From positions 59,845-123,844 of the forward strand of contig CALDTV010000003.1 of NCBI GenBank assembly GCA_937923625.1: a DNA stretch of 64,000 nt, given 5' to 3'. A model generated the notes under the pieces. The model did no database searches and was not told where the DNA came from. It saw only the letters and a list, made by a program, of their open reading frames with translations. The position numbers and the translations under genes are program-made. Every line of letters starts with the position of its first letter. Positions within the stretch are counted from its first letter, which is position 1. Below, piece by piece: positions 10,134 through 18,366 of this stretch. The stretch is from an uncultured Alphaproteobacteria bacterium (lineage in GTDB: Bacteria; Pseudomonadota; Alphaproteobacteria; Micavibrionales; Micavibrionaceae).

Positions 10134-11549
10134 CTAGGCTTTCTCAAGCTTTCCCACATATTTCATGAACACCCAGCCAACACCATAAACCAAGAATGCC
10201 GCAACAATTCCGGGTAAGGCTTCATAGACATGAGCATTATACCCCATTAAACGCCAAGCTATACCGACGCTTAAGCCCACCAGCATCATGGCAAAAGCCA
10301 ACCAAGACGTTAGTGGCCAACGATTAACACGTATAATCATCAACGGGGCAAACCCTGCCCCCATGATCGTGATCGCAAATAGTACTAGATCAAAAACGCT
10401 CTTTGATCCTGCAAGAGCGATAGCCAGTGCCAAGCCCGTAACCGCCACTGTTGTGAATTTTAAAAAGCGATAAGAGTCCTTATATTTTGGGAAAATATCC
10501 CGCGAAACAGACGCCGTAGAGCTAAGCACCAAAGAATCAGCAGTAGATATCGTTCCCGCAAATATTCCCGCCAGAATTACCCCCACAAGCACATCAGGCA
10601 ACATAGATTGCGCCAATTCTGGTAAGGCCAATTCTTTGTCAAAGCTATCGGTGTCAGGCACAAGAACCCGCGTGCACAAGGCCACAATATATGCCGTCAC
10701 ATAAAACGCGCCATAAGAAAGCTGATACCAGCCGATCGCCCTTTTTGTGTCACGCGGTTTTTCAAGCGTCATAAATCGCACCATCACATGTGGGAAGCCA
10801 ATGAAAGCAAAACCTAGCGATGCCCACCCCAGAATGAAGAGCAAAGGACCAAAAGGATTAGCGCTAGGGAAAAACGCTACTAACTTCGGATCAATCGCAG
10901 CAAGTTGATCGTACAGCGCTCCAAAGCCTCCAATATGCAATAACGCCACAATCGCCAGCAAGGTCATCGCGCCATACATCACAATAATCTGCGCGACATC
11001 CGTCCAAATCGACGCCCTTATACCGCCCGCAAAGCAATATAAGACCACAATGATCGCGCCCATGACGGCGCCAACGCCATACTCCCACCCAAACAAGACA
11101 TGCAAGGCCTTACTGCCCGCGGTAAGCTGCGCCGTTGCATAAAGTGTTACCGCAAAAATACTCACTAACCCAATGATTACATGGATAAATCTTGTGTTTC
11201 CTTTTATGCCTGAGACTAAATATTCAGAATAAGAAGCTATTTTCTGGCGTTGCGACTCCGTTCTAAAACGTCGTGCCGCAATAAAGAAAGCCGTCAGCAA
11301 TCCCGCAAAAACGCCCAGCACAAACCATGCACCAGACAAGCCCATCATATAGCCATAGCCGATAATACCTGTAAAACCAAAACCGCTGGCGGTGGTGGCA
11401 GCGCCCGAAAGCCCAACAAAAAACGGGCTGACTTGGCGACTTGCCAGTAAATAATCTTCCGCCGATTTACGACGGCGCCTAACGGATAAAAGGCCGATAA
11501 TGAGGAAAAAAGAAAGAAAAGCGAAAAAACTATAGAGTACAACGTCCAT
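10134..11549 (-). CDS. sodium:solute symporter (SSS) family transporter
   Basis: 471 aa polytopic membrane protein with the SSS-family fold pattern (about 13 TM helices, GxxxxGxxG-rich helices). Confidence 0.75.
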   Translation of the reverse strand: MDVVLYSFFAFLSFFLIIGLLSVRRRRKSAEDYLLASRQVSPFFVGLSGAATTASGFGFTGIIGYGYMMGLSGAWFVLGVFAGLLTAFFIAARRFRTESQRQKIASYSEYLVSGIKGNTRFIHVIIGLVSIFAVTLYATAQLTAGSKALHVLFGWEYGVGAVMGAIIVVLYCFAGGIRASIWTDVAQIIVMYGAMTLLAIVALLHIGGFGALYDQLAAIDPKLVAFFPSANPFGPLLFILGWASLGFAFIGFPHVMVRFMTLEKPRDTKRAIGWYQLSYGAFYVTAYIVALCTRVLVPDTDSFDKELALPELAQSMLPDVLVGVILAGIFAGTISTADSLVLSSTASVSRDIFPKYKDSYRFLKFTTVAVTGLALAIALAGSKSVFDLVLFAITIMGAGFAPLMIIRVNRWPLTSWLAFAMMLVGLSVGIAWRLMGYNAHVYEALPGIVAAFLVYGVGWVFMKYVGKLEKA

Positions 11550-11560
11550 TCGCTAGCGCC

Positions 11561-11992
11561 CTAAGCGTGAAAGGCGAAGTAAATAGTCACATTGAACATG
11601 AATAGCGCGCTTGCGATAAATAAGATCTTGTCTGAACGCTTTTTCTTAGGTGTACATGGCTCATGGGAGCAACCCGTTGATCTACAATCAATACGTTTTG
11701 CAACAAAATGAAGCGCCCAGCCGACAGCCAAAACAAAACCAGAAGCCATAATCATTGGCACCTCATAATCATGCATCGCATGATGAAGGGAATCCAGTCC
11801 AGCTGGCATAGCAACAATGATTCCTAATGCAGATAACAAACTCATAAGGCTGAATAGCATTGGCAAACCACAACATAAAACGTGAGTGATTTCTGATGAA
11901 ACACAGGCCCAATGAATAATTTTTTGAACTTTTTGCATGCTAAATCTTATTGATTGTTTGAATTTGAAAGACGTTAGCGTCTTATTCAGCAA
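11561..11992 (-). CDS. hypothetical Cys-rich small membrane protein
   Basis: 143 aa ORF, with a possible internal start at about 11938. Hydrophobic helices plus a DCRSTGCSHEPC motif. Follows the SSS transporter with a 12 nt gap. Confidence 0.4.
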   Translation of the reverse strand: MLNKTLTSFKFKQSIRFSMQKVQKIIHWACVSSEITHVLCCGLPMLFSLMSLLSALGIIVAMPAGLDSLHHAMHDYEVPMIMASGFVLAVGWALHFVAKRIDCRSTGCSHEPCTPKKKRSDKILFIASALFMFNVTIYFAFHA

Positions 11993-12004
11993 TTTGTCAA
12001 TTTT

Positions 12005-15000
12005 TTAATGACTAATGATATCAAGAAAAAGGCGGTTTTTCTGGCCTGCCGATGCCTTTAAAAGCCCAGATTGCCCCAATTTTATGCCTTCCTTCACCCC
12101 AAGGATAAGGCGCGTGCCAGATGTGGGCAAAGCTTCGACGGCATATTTATTAATAATACCTCCGACCTTCTTTTCCCAAGCCTCCCCTGCGCGCCATGAT
12201 GTTTGCGGCATATCGACATAGATAAGCTTCGATGCTTCATCATAACTAATTTCATATTCCGTTGGCGCAGATAGATCCATGACCAAACGAACCTTGTCTG
12301 GATGCACCCCCACACGCATGTCATCAACAGACGATAATAAACCACTATTTAGTGACACATCACCCAAAGAAATATTCTCTACCGGCATTCTTGGGATAGA
12401 TTCATTTGGCATAGAAACACTTTCAACGGATGTATTGTAAAAAGGTGCATCATAAAGAAGCCCGCCCCCTGCTGCTGGTTCAATAGCGGAAGGTATCGCG
12501 CTTACAATTTCTTTTTTCATCGTTGATTCTGGCATCATTATCGCCCCTTGAGAACCAAGGTTCGAATTATTTATATCAACATCAGAACTATTTGCTTTAA
12601 TGCCCTTAACCAAATTTAAAATACTTTTTGCCGACAATGCCCCATCCGTGGAGACATCTGCCACAGGCTCTAAAGGTTCAGAATTATCTAAGCTTGCGAT
12701 TTCGATATCATTCCCAAATTGAAAAAGCTCATCTGGCGTTAAATTGACGATAGTCGCTGGAATGTTAAATCCACTTTGTGGGTCCGCTTGAATATTATAG
12801 ACGCCTGGCACAATACGCTCGAATGTATAATAACCATCTCCGCCTGTTTGCGATGAAGATACCACAACACCATTTTCATCCAATAATTGTAAATCTAGTC
12901 CCGCAACAGGACGCCCATTGGTGTAAAAAAGTGTGCCGTCAATAGCCCCAGTTTCCACCAACGGAAATTCTAAGCGATGAATCACACCAGGCCGCGGATA
13001 AATACTGTAGCCAGGAGATTCGGCCACCAAATAAGGATCATCAATGGAGCGTGAAGAAACGCCCACATTTGCAACACGCCCTGATGAAGTGCTGATGCGC
13101 GTAAGATACCCATTATCATCTGTTTCATCTCTGGTCGTTCTTCGACCGATTGATATACGTGTGTCGGGAACAGGTTCATCGCCTTCCGTAAACTCACCAT
13201 CGTAATCACGATCAAGATAAACAAAAGACCCAACAGGCCCTGCCGCAGAGATAGGATCACTGGTCATCAAATATGATCCATCTTGGTTATACGGCCCTAG
13301 AGCTGTTGACGCCCTCAACTGGAATCCAAACCCTGCCTGTGATGACCAATCGGTTTGAAAACTCGCACGGTATTTTTGAAAATCTCTGGTGAGCTGCACG
13401 GCAGCAATAGTTTCTTGGTTGTCAAAATTTCTTGTTAAACTAAGGCCGCCAGAAAAGTCTTTATTTTTTCGATAGCGCAAATCTGCTGTGTAAGTGTTGA
13501 TATCGAATTCAGGGTGAATATCGTAACTTAAGCGATTTCTGAAAGTAAGTTTTTTGCGCCGCGTCGAAGAAGTCAACGCACCAATCGTTGTTGCATGATC
13601 GCCATTTAAAATATTTGTTCTTGTGTTGTGGGTTAAACGTGTTGAACGAATGCCCAAAGATTGCCGCGTTACAAAATTGATGTTCTCACTACCATTTTGC
13701 CTTTTCAGGTAATCCCCGCCAACTTCCAATCCAACAGAACCAATTGCGGTGGAAAAATTGCGCCGAATATTTAAATCAAGTTCAACTTTTTTCGCATTCT
13801 CACCCGAACGGGCATCGGGGCTTTCAAAATCGCTGTAAAAAGCTGACTGCGTGTTTATTTTAAAGCCTTTAAAGTCACTTGCTGTTTTAACGTCTATGGC
13901 TTCCCCACCGCCAAGTTCTTTGTATAATTCAATTTGGCCTATCGTCCTCCCCAATGAAGCAATAACACCTGTGCTTAAATAATTTCGTCTTTCTGTTTCG
14001 ATATTAGAGACACCATCATTCAAAGTATTGGCCGTAAAGAAACCTGTGATTTTTTGCGTAAGACCACGCGCCGCATATATATTTGCCGCCAGCCCTTCAG
14101 CGCGGGTATTATTACGGTCATCATCAATTGGAATAAGTTTTCTTTGCGAGTCAATGACGCCACCAATAAAAACATTATCGCCTTTTTTAACAACATTGCT
14201 TCGGAAAAAGAAATTTTCAACACGCTCTTCAATTTCCCCTTGCGGGCCATAAAGAACTACCCTGACACGGTTATTACCAAAACCAATCGAAACATCTTCA
14301 AATCGATAAACACCTGTATCATCCACAACACCAAAATCAATCAATTGATCATTACGATATAGCTCGACCTCATAACCAGGGATGGCAACACCATCAATAA
14401 CAACTGTGTCAAATTCAGTTTGAAAATCATTTCGCTTTGTTGAAAAAACAAAACCACGACCACTTAAGCTAGAAGAGATGAGTTCACGATTTCGGATATT
14501 AACATCCCCCCATTGCGTATCTTCCAAACCTAAGGGAAGAGCACCTTCGTGAATATTTTGACGTCTAAAACGCAAACGAATATTTTCAGGCGGGGTTAAG
14601 TCACCATCTTGATAAGATAAGATCGCGGAATAATCCGCACTCGCGTAAAGCAAGTCCTGCACACCAAATAGGTTTGCACGATATTGCATTTGGTCGCTAC
14701 GCGCATTGTAACCAACGCTTGCGTCAACGCCGAAAGAAGGCATACCAAACAAACTATAAGGCTTGGCAACAAAAGGGAAAACGATGTTGTCATCTTCCTT
14801 TTCGGCATTTCTTTGTGACAATCTCTCTTGGCGTTTTTTTCTGTCCAAGAAAAGCTGATATGGCAGTTTTTCGTCTGGCGTGATTCTTAATATTAATGCA
14901 GACAAATCCACATCAAGCGTGAGCGGCCATATTTGGGTTAATACTTCTAGCTGAACGTAAAGATCATCATCGGCAAATTCTTGACCTAAGATCGCATCGG

Positions 15001-15469
15001 ATGGCAATTTTGCAGATTTACCCTTATAGCTCACACTATTATTTAAGACATCAATGGTGTAATCGCGATCTTGCGAGATTGTCCATCCTTCGACGAGTTT
15101 GTTATCATTTGAAATATCAACATTAATGCCAAGCACTTCGCCCAATTGGCGCACAGGCATGTAATAACGATTATCTTTTTGAATCGCGAACATACCAGAA
15201 GACAAGCGATCTTTATCAACGAAAACCGCTAAAACCAAATCTTCGACAAACACTTCATCATTATAATCAGGGATTTGTGATGGCGGCTCTCCGATTTGTT
15301 GCCCATATTTAGCAACAAAGGTTTCAAGCGCAGATTTCTGCGGAGACGGGCCACGAACAATCTGCGAATAAGAAGGCGCAGAAAAAGAAAAAAAGCATAC
15401 AAGCGCCCCTCCTAAAAAGAAGGAAAAATTATGCCGTTTGCGATTACATTTCTTTTTGATCATGGGCAT
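12005..15469 (-). CDS. fimbrial outer-membrane usher (archaic/sigma type) with a C-terminal extension containing carboxypeptidase-regulatory-like and AMIN-like domains
   Basis: About 1150 aa. Signal peptide after an internal ATG (MPMIKKK...SYSQ); the tracked ORF starts at an upstream GTG. Plug-like segment GYEVELYRNDQLIDFGVVDDTGVYRFEDVSIGFGNNRVRVVLYGPQGEIEE as in FimD/PapC. Long Tyr/Gly/Arg-rich beta-barrel region. The C-terminal roughly 100 aa (VRLVMDLSAPTEYEISYDEASKLIYVDMPQT...GTRLILGV...RLFLDI) match the AMIN-domain pattern. Last gene of the pilus operon. Confidence 0.62.
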   Translation of the reverse strand: MPMIKKKCNRKRHNFSFFLGGALVCFFSFSAPSYSQIVRGPSPQKSALETFVAKYGQQIGEPPSQIPDYNDEVFVEDLVLAVFVDKDRLSSGMFAIQKDNRYYMPVRQLGEVLGINVDISNDNKLVEGWTISQDRDYTIDVLNNSVSYKGKSAKLPSDAILGQEFADDDLYVQLEVLTQIWPLTLDVDLSALILRITPDEKLPYQLFLDRKKRQERLSQRNAEKEDDNIVFPFVAKPYSLFGMPSFGVDASVGYNARSDQMQYRANLFGVQDLLYASADYSAILSYQDGDLTPPENIRLRFRRQNIHEGALPLGLEDTQWGDVNIRNRELISSSLSGRGFVFSTKRNDFQTEFDTVVIDGVAIPGYEVELYRNDQLIDFGVVDDTGVYRFEDVSIGFGNNRVRVVLYGPQGEIEERVENFFFRSNVVKKGDNVFIGGVIDSQRKLIPIDDDRNNTRAEGLAANIYAARGLTQKITGFFTANTLNDGVSNIETERRNYLSTGVIASLGRTIGQIELYKELGGGEAIDVKTASDFKGFKINTQSAFYSDFESPDARSGENAKKVELDLNIRRNFSTAIGSVGLEVGGDYLKRQNGSENINFVTRQSLGIRSTRLTHNTRTNILNGDHATTIGALTSSTRRKKLTFRNRLSYDIHPEFDINTYTADLRYRKNKDFSGGLSLTRNFDNQETIAAVQLTRDFQKYRASFQTDWSSQAGFGFQLRASTALGPYNQDGSYLMTSDPISAAGPVGSFVYLDRDYDGEFTEGDEPVPDTRISIGRRTTRDETDDNGYLTRISTSSGRVANVGVSSRSIDDPYLVAESPGYSIYPRPGVIHRLEFPLVETGAIDGTLFYTNGRPVAGLDLQLLDENGVVVSSSQTGGDGYYTFERIVPGVYNIQADPQSGFNIPATIVNLTPDELFQFGNDIEIASLDNSEPLEPVADVSTDGALSAKSILNLVKGIKANSSDVDINNSNLGSQGAIMMPESTMKKEIVSAIPSAIEPAAGGGLLYDAPFYNTSVESVSMPNESIPRMPVENISLGDVSLNSGLLSSVDDMRVGVHPDKVRLVMDLSAPTEYEISYDEASKLIYVDMPQTSWRAGEAWEKKVGGIINKYAVEALPTSGTRLILGVKEGIKLGQSGLLKASAGQKNRLFLDIISH

Positions 15470-15614
15470 GACTTTGTGCTCAGACACGAGCGAGGGCTGT
15501 GGATAGAATCATCCACAGGTTATGATAACACAAATCATGCAATATTTAACAGATGTTTAAAAGAAAAAACTAATAAAAAACAATAGATTAGATAGAATCA
15601 AGCTATGAGCCGCC

Positions 15615-16448
15615 TTAATTCACAGCAACAGAGGCTTGTGCAAGCACACGTTCACCATCTCCTTTAAAGCCATCAACTTCGCGATAAACGACATTTAAAG
15701 TGTTACAGCGTGACTGACCTTCTTTAAGTTTAATATTAAATTTCATATTTCGCTGGTTGGTTTCAGCATAAATAGCATTCCCACGAGACACGCTTAATTT
15801 ATATGCGCCGACCCCAGAATTACAGGTGTATTCAAGATCACCATAAGTACTGCGCTCGCCATCACGCACAAGCTTGTAACTGCCCGTTACAACATCACCA
15901 GATTGCGAAGCTTGTAAGTCTGTAATACCTACTTTAGCGCCCAAATTACCTTTTCTAATAATAACAGGCATCGTCACACCAGCAAGCATTTCAATCTTTA
16001 CTGTGCCCTGCTTATCATTACGCTCTACTTCTTCACGTTTTAAAGAATCAATTTTTGCCTCAGGTCGAATCCATAAATGGGATCTATATTCACCATCTTC
16101 GACACCACCACGCATCCTTAAGATCATGCGCACTTGTTGCGACGCTCCAGGTTGAAGAGTAAAGCGGCGCGGCGCAAATTTAACCATATCTTTGGAAGGT
16201 TTAATTTCAGGGGGTAAAGACTGCTCATTCACATCCGACAGACTCTCGTTCGGCGTCATAAGGAAATGCCGCCAACCCAATCTATATGTGACGGCCTCAT
16301 CCCCGCTATTGATTACCGTGATAACTTCGGCTCTTTTGGGACCCTCAAAAACAACGCGGCGCAAAGTAATTTTCATGGCCATCGCAATTTCACAAACAAG
16401 TCCAACCACAATCAAAACAGCAACAAAAGACAAAAACTTTTTCTTCAT
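15615..16448 (-). CDS. PapD-like periplasmic pilus chaperone
   Basis: Start is the internal ATG (MKKKFLSFVAVLIVVGLVCEIAMA signal peptide). The N-terminal strand RVVFEGPKRAEVITVINSGDEAVTYRL resembles the chaperone F1/G1 region. About 278 aa, two-domain size. Confidence 0.58.
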   Translation of the reverse strand: MKKKFLSFVAVLIVVGLVCEIAMAMKITLRRVVFEGPKRAEVITVINSGDEAVTYRLGWRHFLMTPNESLSDVNEQSLPPEIKPSKDMVKFAPRRFTLQPGASQQVRMILRMRGGVEDGEYRSHLWIRPEAKIDSLKREEVERNDKQGTVKIEMLAGVTMPVIIRKGNLGAKVGITDLQASQSGDVVTGSYKLVRDGERSTYGDLEYTCNSGVGAYKLSVSRGNAIYAETNQRNMKFNIKLKEGQSRCNTLNVVYREVDGFKGDGERVLAQASVAVN

Positions 16449-16464
16449 AGTCATGAGCAAAACC

Positions 16465-16962
16465 TCAAATAAAATTAACATAAACAACGGCCGTTCCTTG
16501 ATAGAACTGACCATCCAAAAGATCACCCTGCAAAACACCGCCCACAGGAACAACAAAAGATGATTGATTGACAGAAGGCATAACCATAACGTTTGAGCCT
16601 GCCCCCTGCTCTACAATATCAAAGCGACTAACCTCGATATTAACACCATCCTCATTCTTTAAAAAAACAGTATCTGCCTCCATATTTATCATGACTTCGG
16701 ATATAAGGCCAGAAATCATCATCATCGCAGGCTGTCTTTTATTATCCTCATAGCTATCAGACGGCTTAATATAAATTTCCTCTTGCACAGAAGAATTAGA
16801 CCGCACCAAAAAAGGAATTTCAAAACTCACCTCTACGCTTTTTGAAACAGAGGCCCCTAATTTACTTTTTAAATTAAGCTGCGCAAAAACATGAGTAGAG
16901 GATGAAACAACCAAAACAAAAGAGAGCAGAATTATTCTATTTTTAAGAAAATTTTTGACCAT
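16465..16962 (-). CDS. SCPU (spore coat protein U)-domain pilin subunit
   Basis: 165 aa, signal peptide, C-terminal strand GQFYQGTAVVYVNFI matching the Csu/SCPU C-terminal motif. Confidence 0.52.
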   Translation of the reverse strand: MVKNFLKNRIILLSFVLVVSSSTHVFAQLNLKSKLGASVSKSVEVSFEIPFLVRSNSSVQEEIYIKPSDSYEDNKRQPAMMMISGLISEVMINMEADTVFLKNEDGVNIEVSRFDIVEQGAGSNVMVMPSVNQSSFVVPVGGVLQGDLLDGQFYQGTAVVYVNFI

Positions 16963-16966
16963 AAAG

Positions 16967-17464
16967 CTACTGATAGTTCGCTGTAATACTATAGCTGCCG
17001 CTATAGGTTCCTTCGGTTTGCGGAGAGCCTACATTGAGCCTCCCCCCGACAGGAACATTTATAGATGTTGCGCCAGTAGGGATTGTCACAACAATCGCAT
17101 TGCCAGCCCCACCACCAAGATCAAAATTATTAACATTCATTGTATCACCGCCAACTTCTGAGACGGTAAAAGAAGAAGCCGTCATCACAACATCAATGGC
17201 AAAATTGGCTTCACCAGAAATAAGAAGATTTCCTTGCCGCTCAAAACCGCCTGCCGCGACAGGAACAACAGAGCCGGATACCGAACGTGTCCCCCCCGTG
17301 CTCATGGTAACCGTGCCACCGGCCCCCGCAGAGAATGCGCCAAAATTTAATTCTTGTGTGGCCGAAATGAAAATCGGCACCGTTTGAGCCTGCACTTTCC
17401 CCGCTAAAAAGCTCAAAGGAACAACAGCACATGTTAAAGCGATTTTTTTAGAGTTATTGCCCAT
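16967..17464 (-). CDS. SCPU-domain pilin subunit
   Basis: 165 aa, signal peptide ...AGKVQAQ, C-terminus EGTYSGSYSITANYQ (Csu-like G-Y-x-G/D-T/S-hydrophobic strand). Confidence 0.58.
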   Translation of the reverse strand: MGNNSKKIALTCAVVPLSFLAGKVQAQTVPIFISATQELNFGAFSAGAGGTVTMSTGGTRSVSGSVVPVAAGGFERQGNLLISGEANFAIDVVMTASSFTVSEVGGDTMNVNNFDLGGGAGNAIVVTIPTGATSINVPVGGRLNVGSPQTEGTYSGSYSITANYQ

Positions 17465-17495
17465 ATATCAAGTTTACCATTAAAATCATAAAACA

Positions 17496-17538
17496 CGAAA
17501 AAAAATACCTGCCACACATAATTATGGGGGCAGGTATT
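17496..17538 (-). terminator. rho-independent terminator after the major pilin gene (intra-operon attenuator)
   Basis: Perfect 10 bp inverted repeat AATACCTGCC / GGCAGGTATT with a 15 nt loop, followed on the minus strand by a T8 run. Confidence 0.5.
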
Positions 17539-17556
17539 GAAATTATAATATTTTTC

Positions 17557-18144
17557 TTACTGATAAATAGCAGAGATTGTAAATGTTCCCTGATAAACAC
17601 CATCACCAGCACCTGGACCAAAACCTGTGGTGTTCAAAGTACCACCAATGTTAATGGTTTCAGTTGTCGCTGGTGTTGCGATATCTAGGTTTGCAGTCCC
17701 CGTTGCCGTCACACCTGCTGTACCCTGTCTTAGAGTAAATGTGTTAACAGACATTGTTTCACCAGCATCTGTCGTATTCGTCACGTTGTATGATGTTGCG
17801 CCCATGTTGATTCTAAGGGCTACACCACCTGCTGATGTGATACTCACCACACCTTGGCTGACGGTACTACTTGTCACGGGTGACATACTACCTGTTGCCG
17901 CGCCACGCGCCCCGGCAAAATCAAGCGGTAAAGTACCCGCTGCCGCACTTGCGATAGTGACCTGACCAAAATCTAATGCTGTCGGTGCTGTAATGCCAAT
18001 CGGCGTCAAGACCTCCGCACTCATTGGTGCTGTTGTTAAAGATGCAGCTTGCGCTTCCGCAACTGCTAGACTGCTTAATGAAATAAGTGCCGTTCCCATC
18101 ATGAGAGCCTTATTCATCGACTTACCTTTCTTGGTTGTCTCCAT
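17557..18144 (-). CDS. SCPU-domain major pilin subunit (CsuA/B-like)
   Basis: 195 aa, signal peptide ...AVAEAQA, Thr/Ala/Gly-rich, C-terminus DGVYQGTFTISAIYQ. Good SD GGAAGCGAGGA 8 nt upstream. Followed by an intrinsic terminator. Confidence 0.6.
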   Translation of the reverse strand: METTKKGKSMNKALMMGTALISLSSLAVAEAQAASLTTAPMSAEVLTPIGITAPTALDFGQVTIASAAAGTLPLDFAGARGAATGSMSPVTSSTVSQGVVSITSAGGVALRINMGATSYNVTNTTDAGETMSVNTFTLRQGTAGVTATGTANLDIATPATTETINIGGTLNTTGFGPGAGDGVYQGTFTISAIYQ

Positions 18145-18366
18145 AGCTTATCCTCGCTTCCTTGTTTGTTTACAAAAACTATTGAATGATTAATTATAGT
18201 CTGTGAAGTACTAATGAAATCTTAATAAAATTTGTATTATTTAGAATAAAAAGCCCGAAACGGCTTTTCCTGTGTAAAATATACTATCATCAATCACTTT
18301 TTTTTAAAATTTTAATCATTTCATTCAATTAATAGAATACATACGTAAACAAAAAGCAAAAAAACA

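Noticed and set aside
12005-15487. Alternative call of the 1160 aa protein as a TonB-dependent receptor or secretin
   Set aside because: There is no TonB box or plug signature at the N-terminus and no secretin GG/secretin-domain motifs. A FimD-like plug segment is present, and the gene context (SCPU pilins plus a PapD-like chaperone directly upstream) fits an usher.
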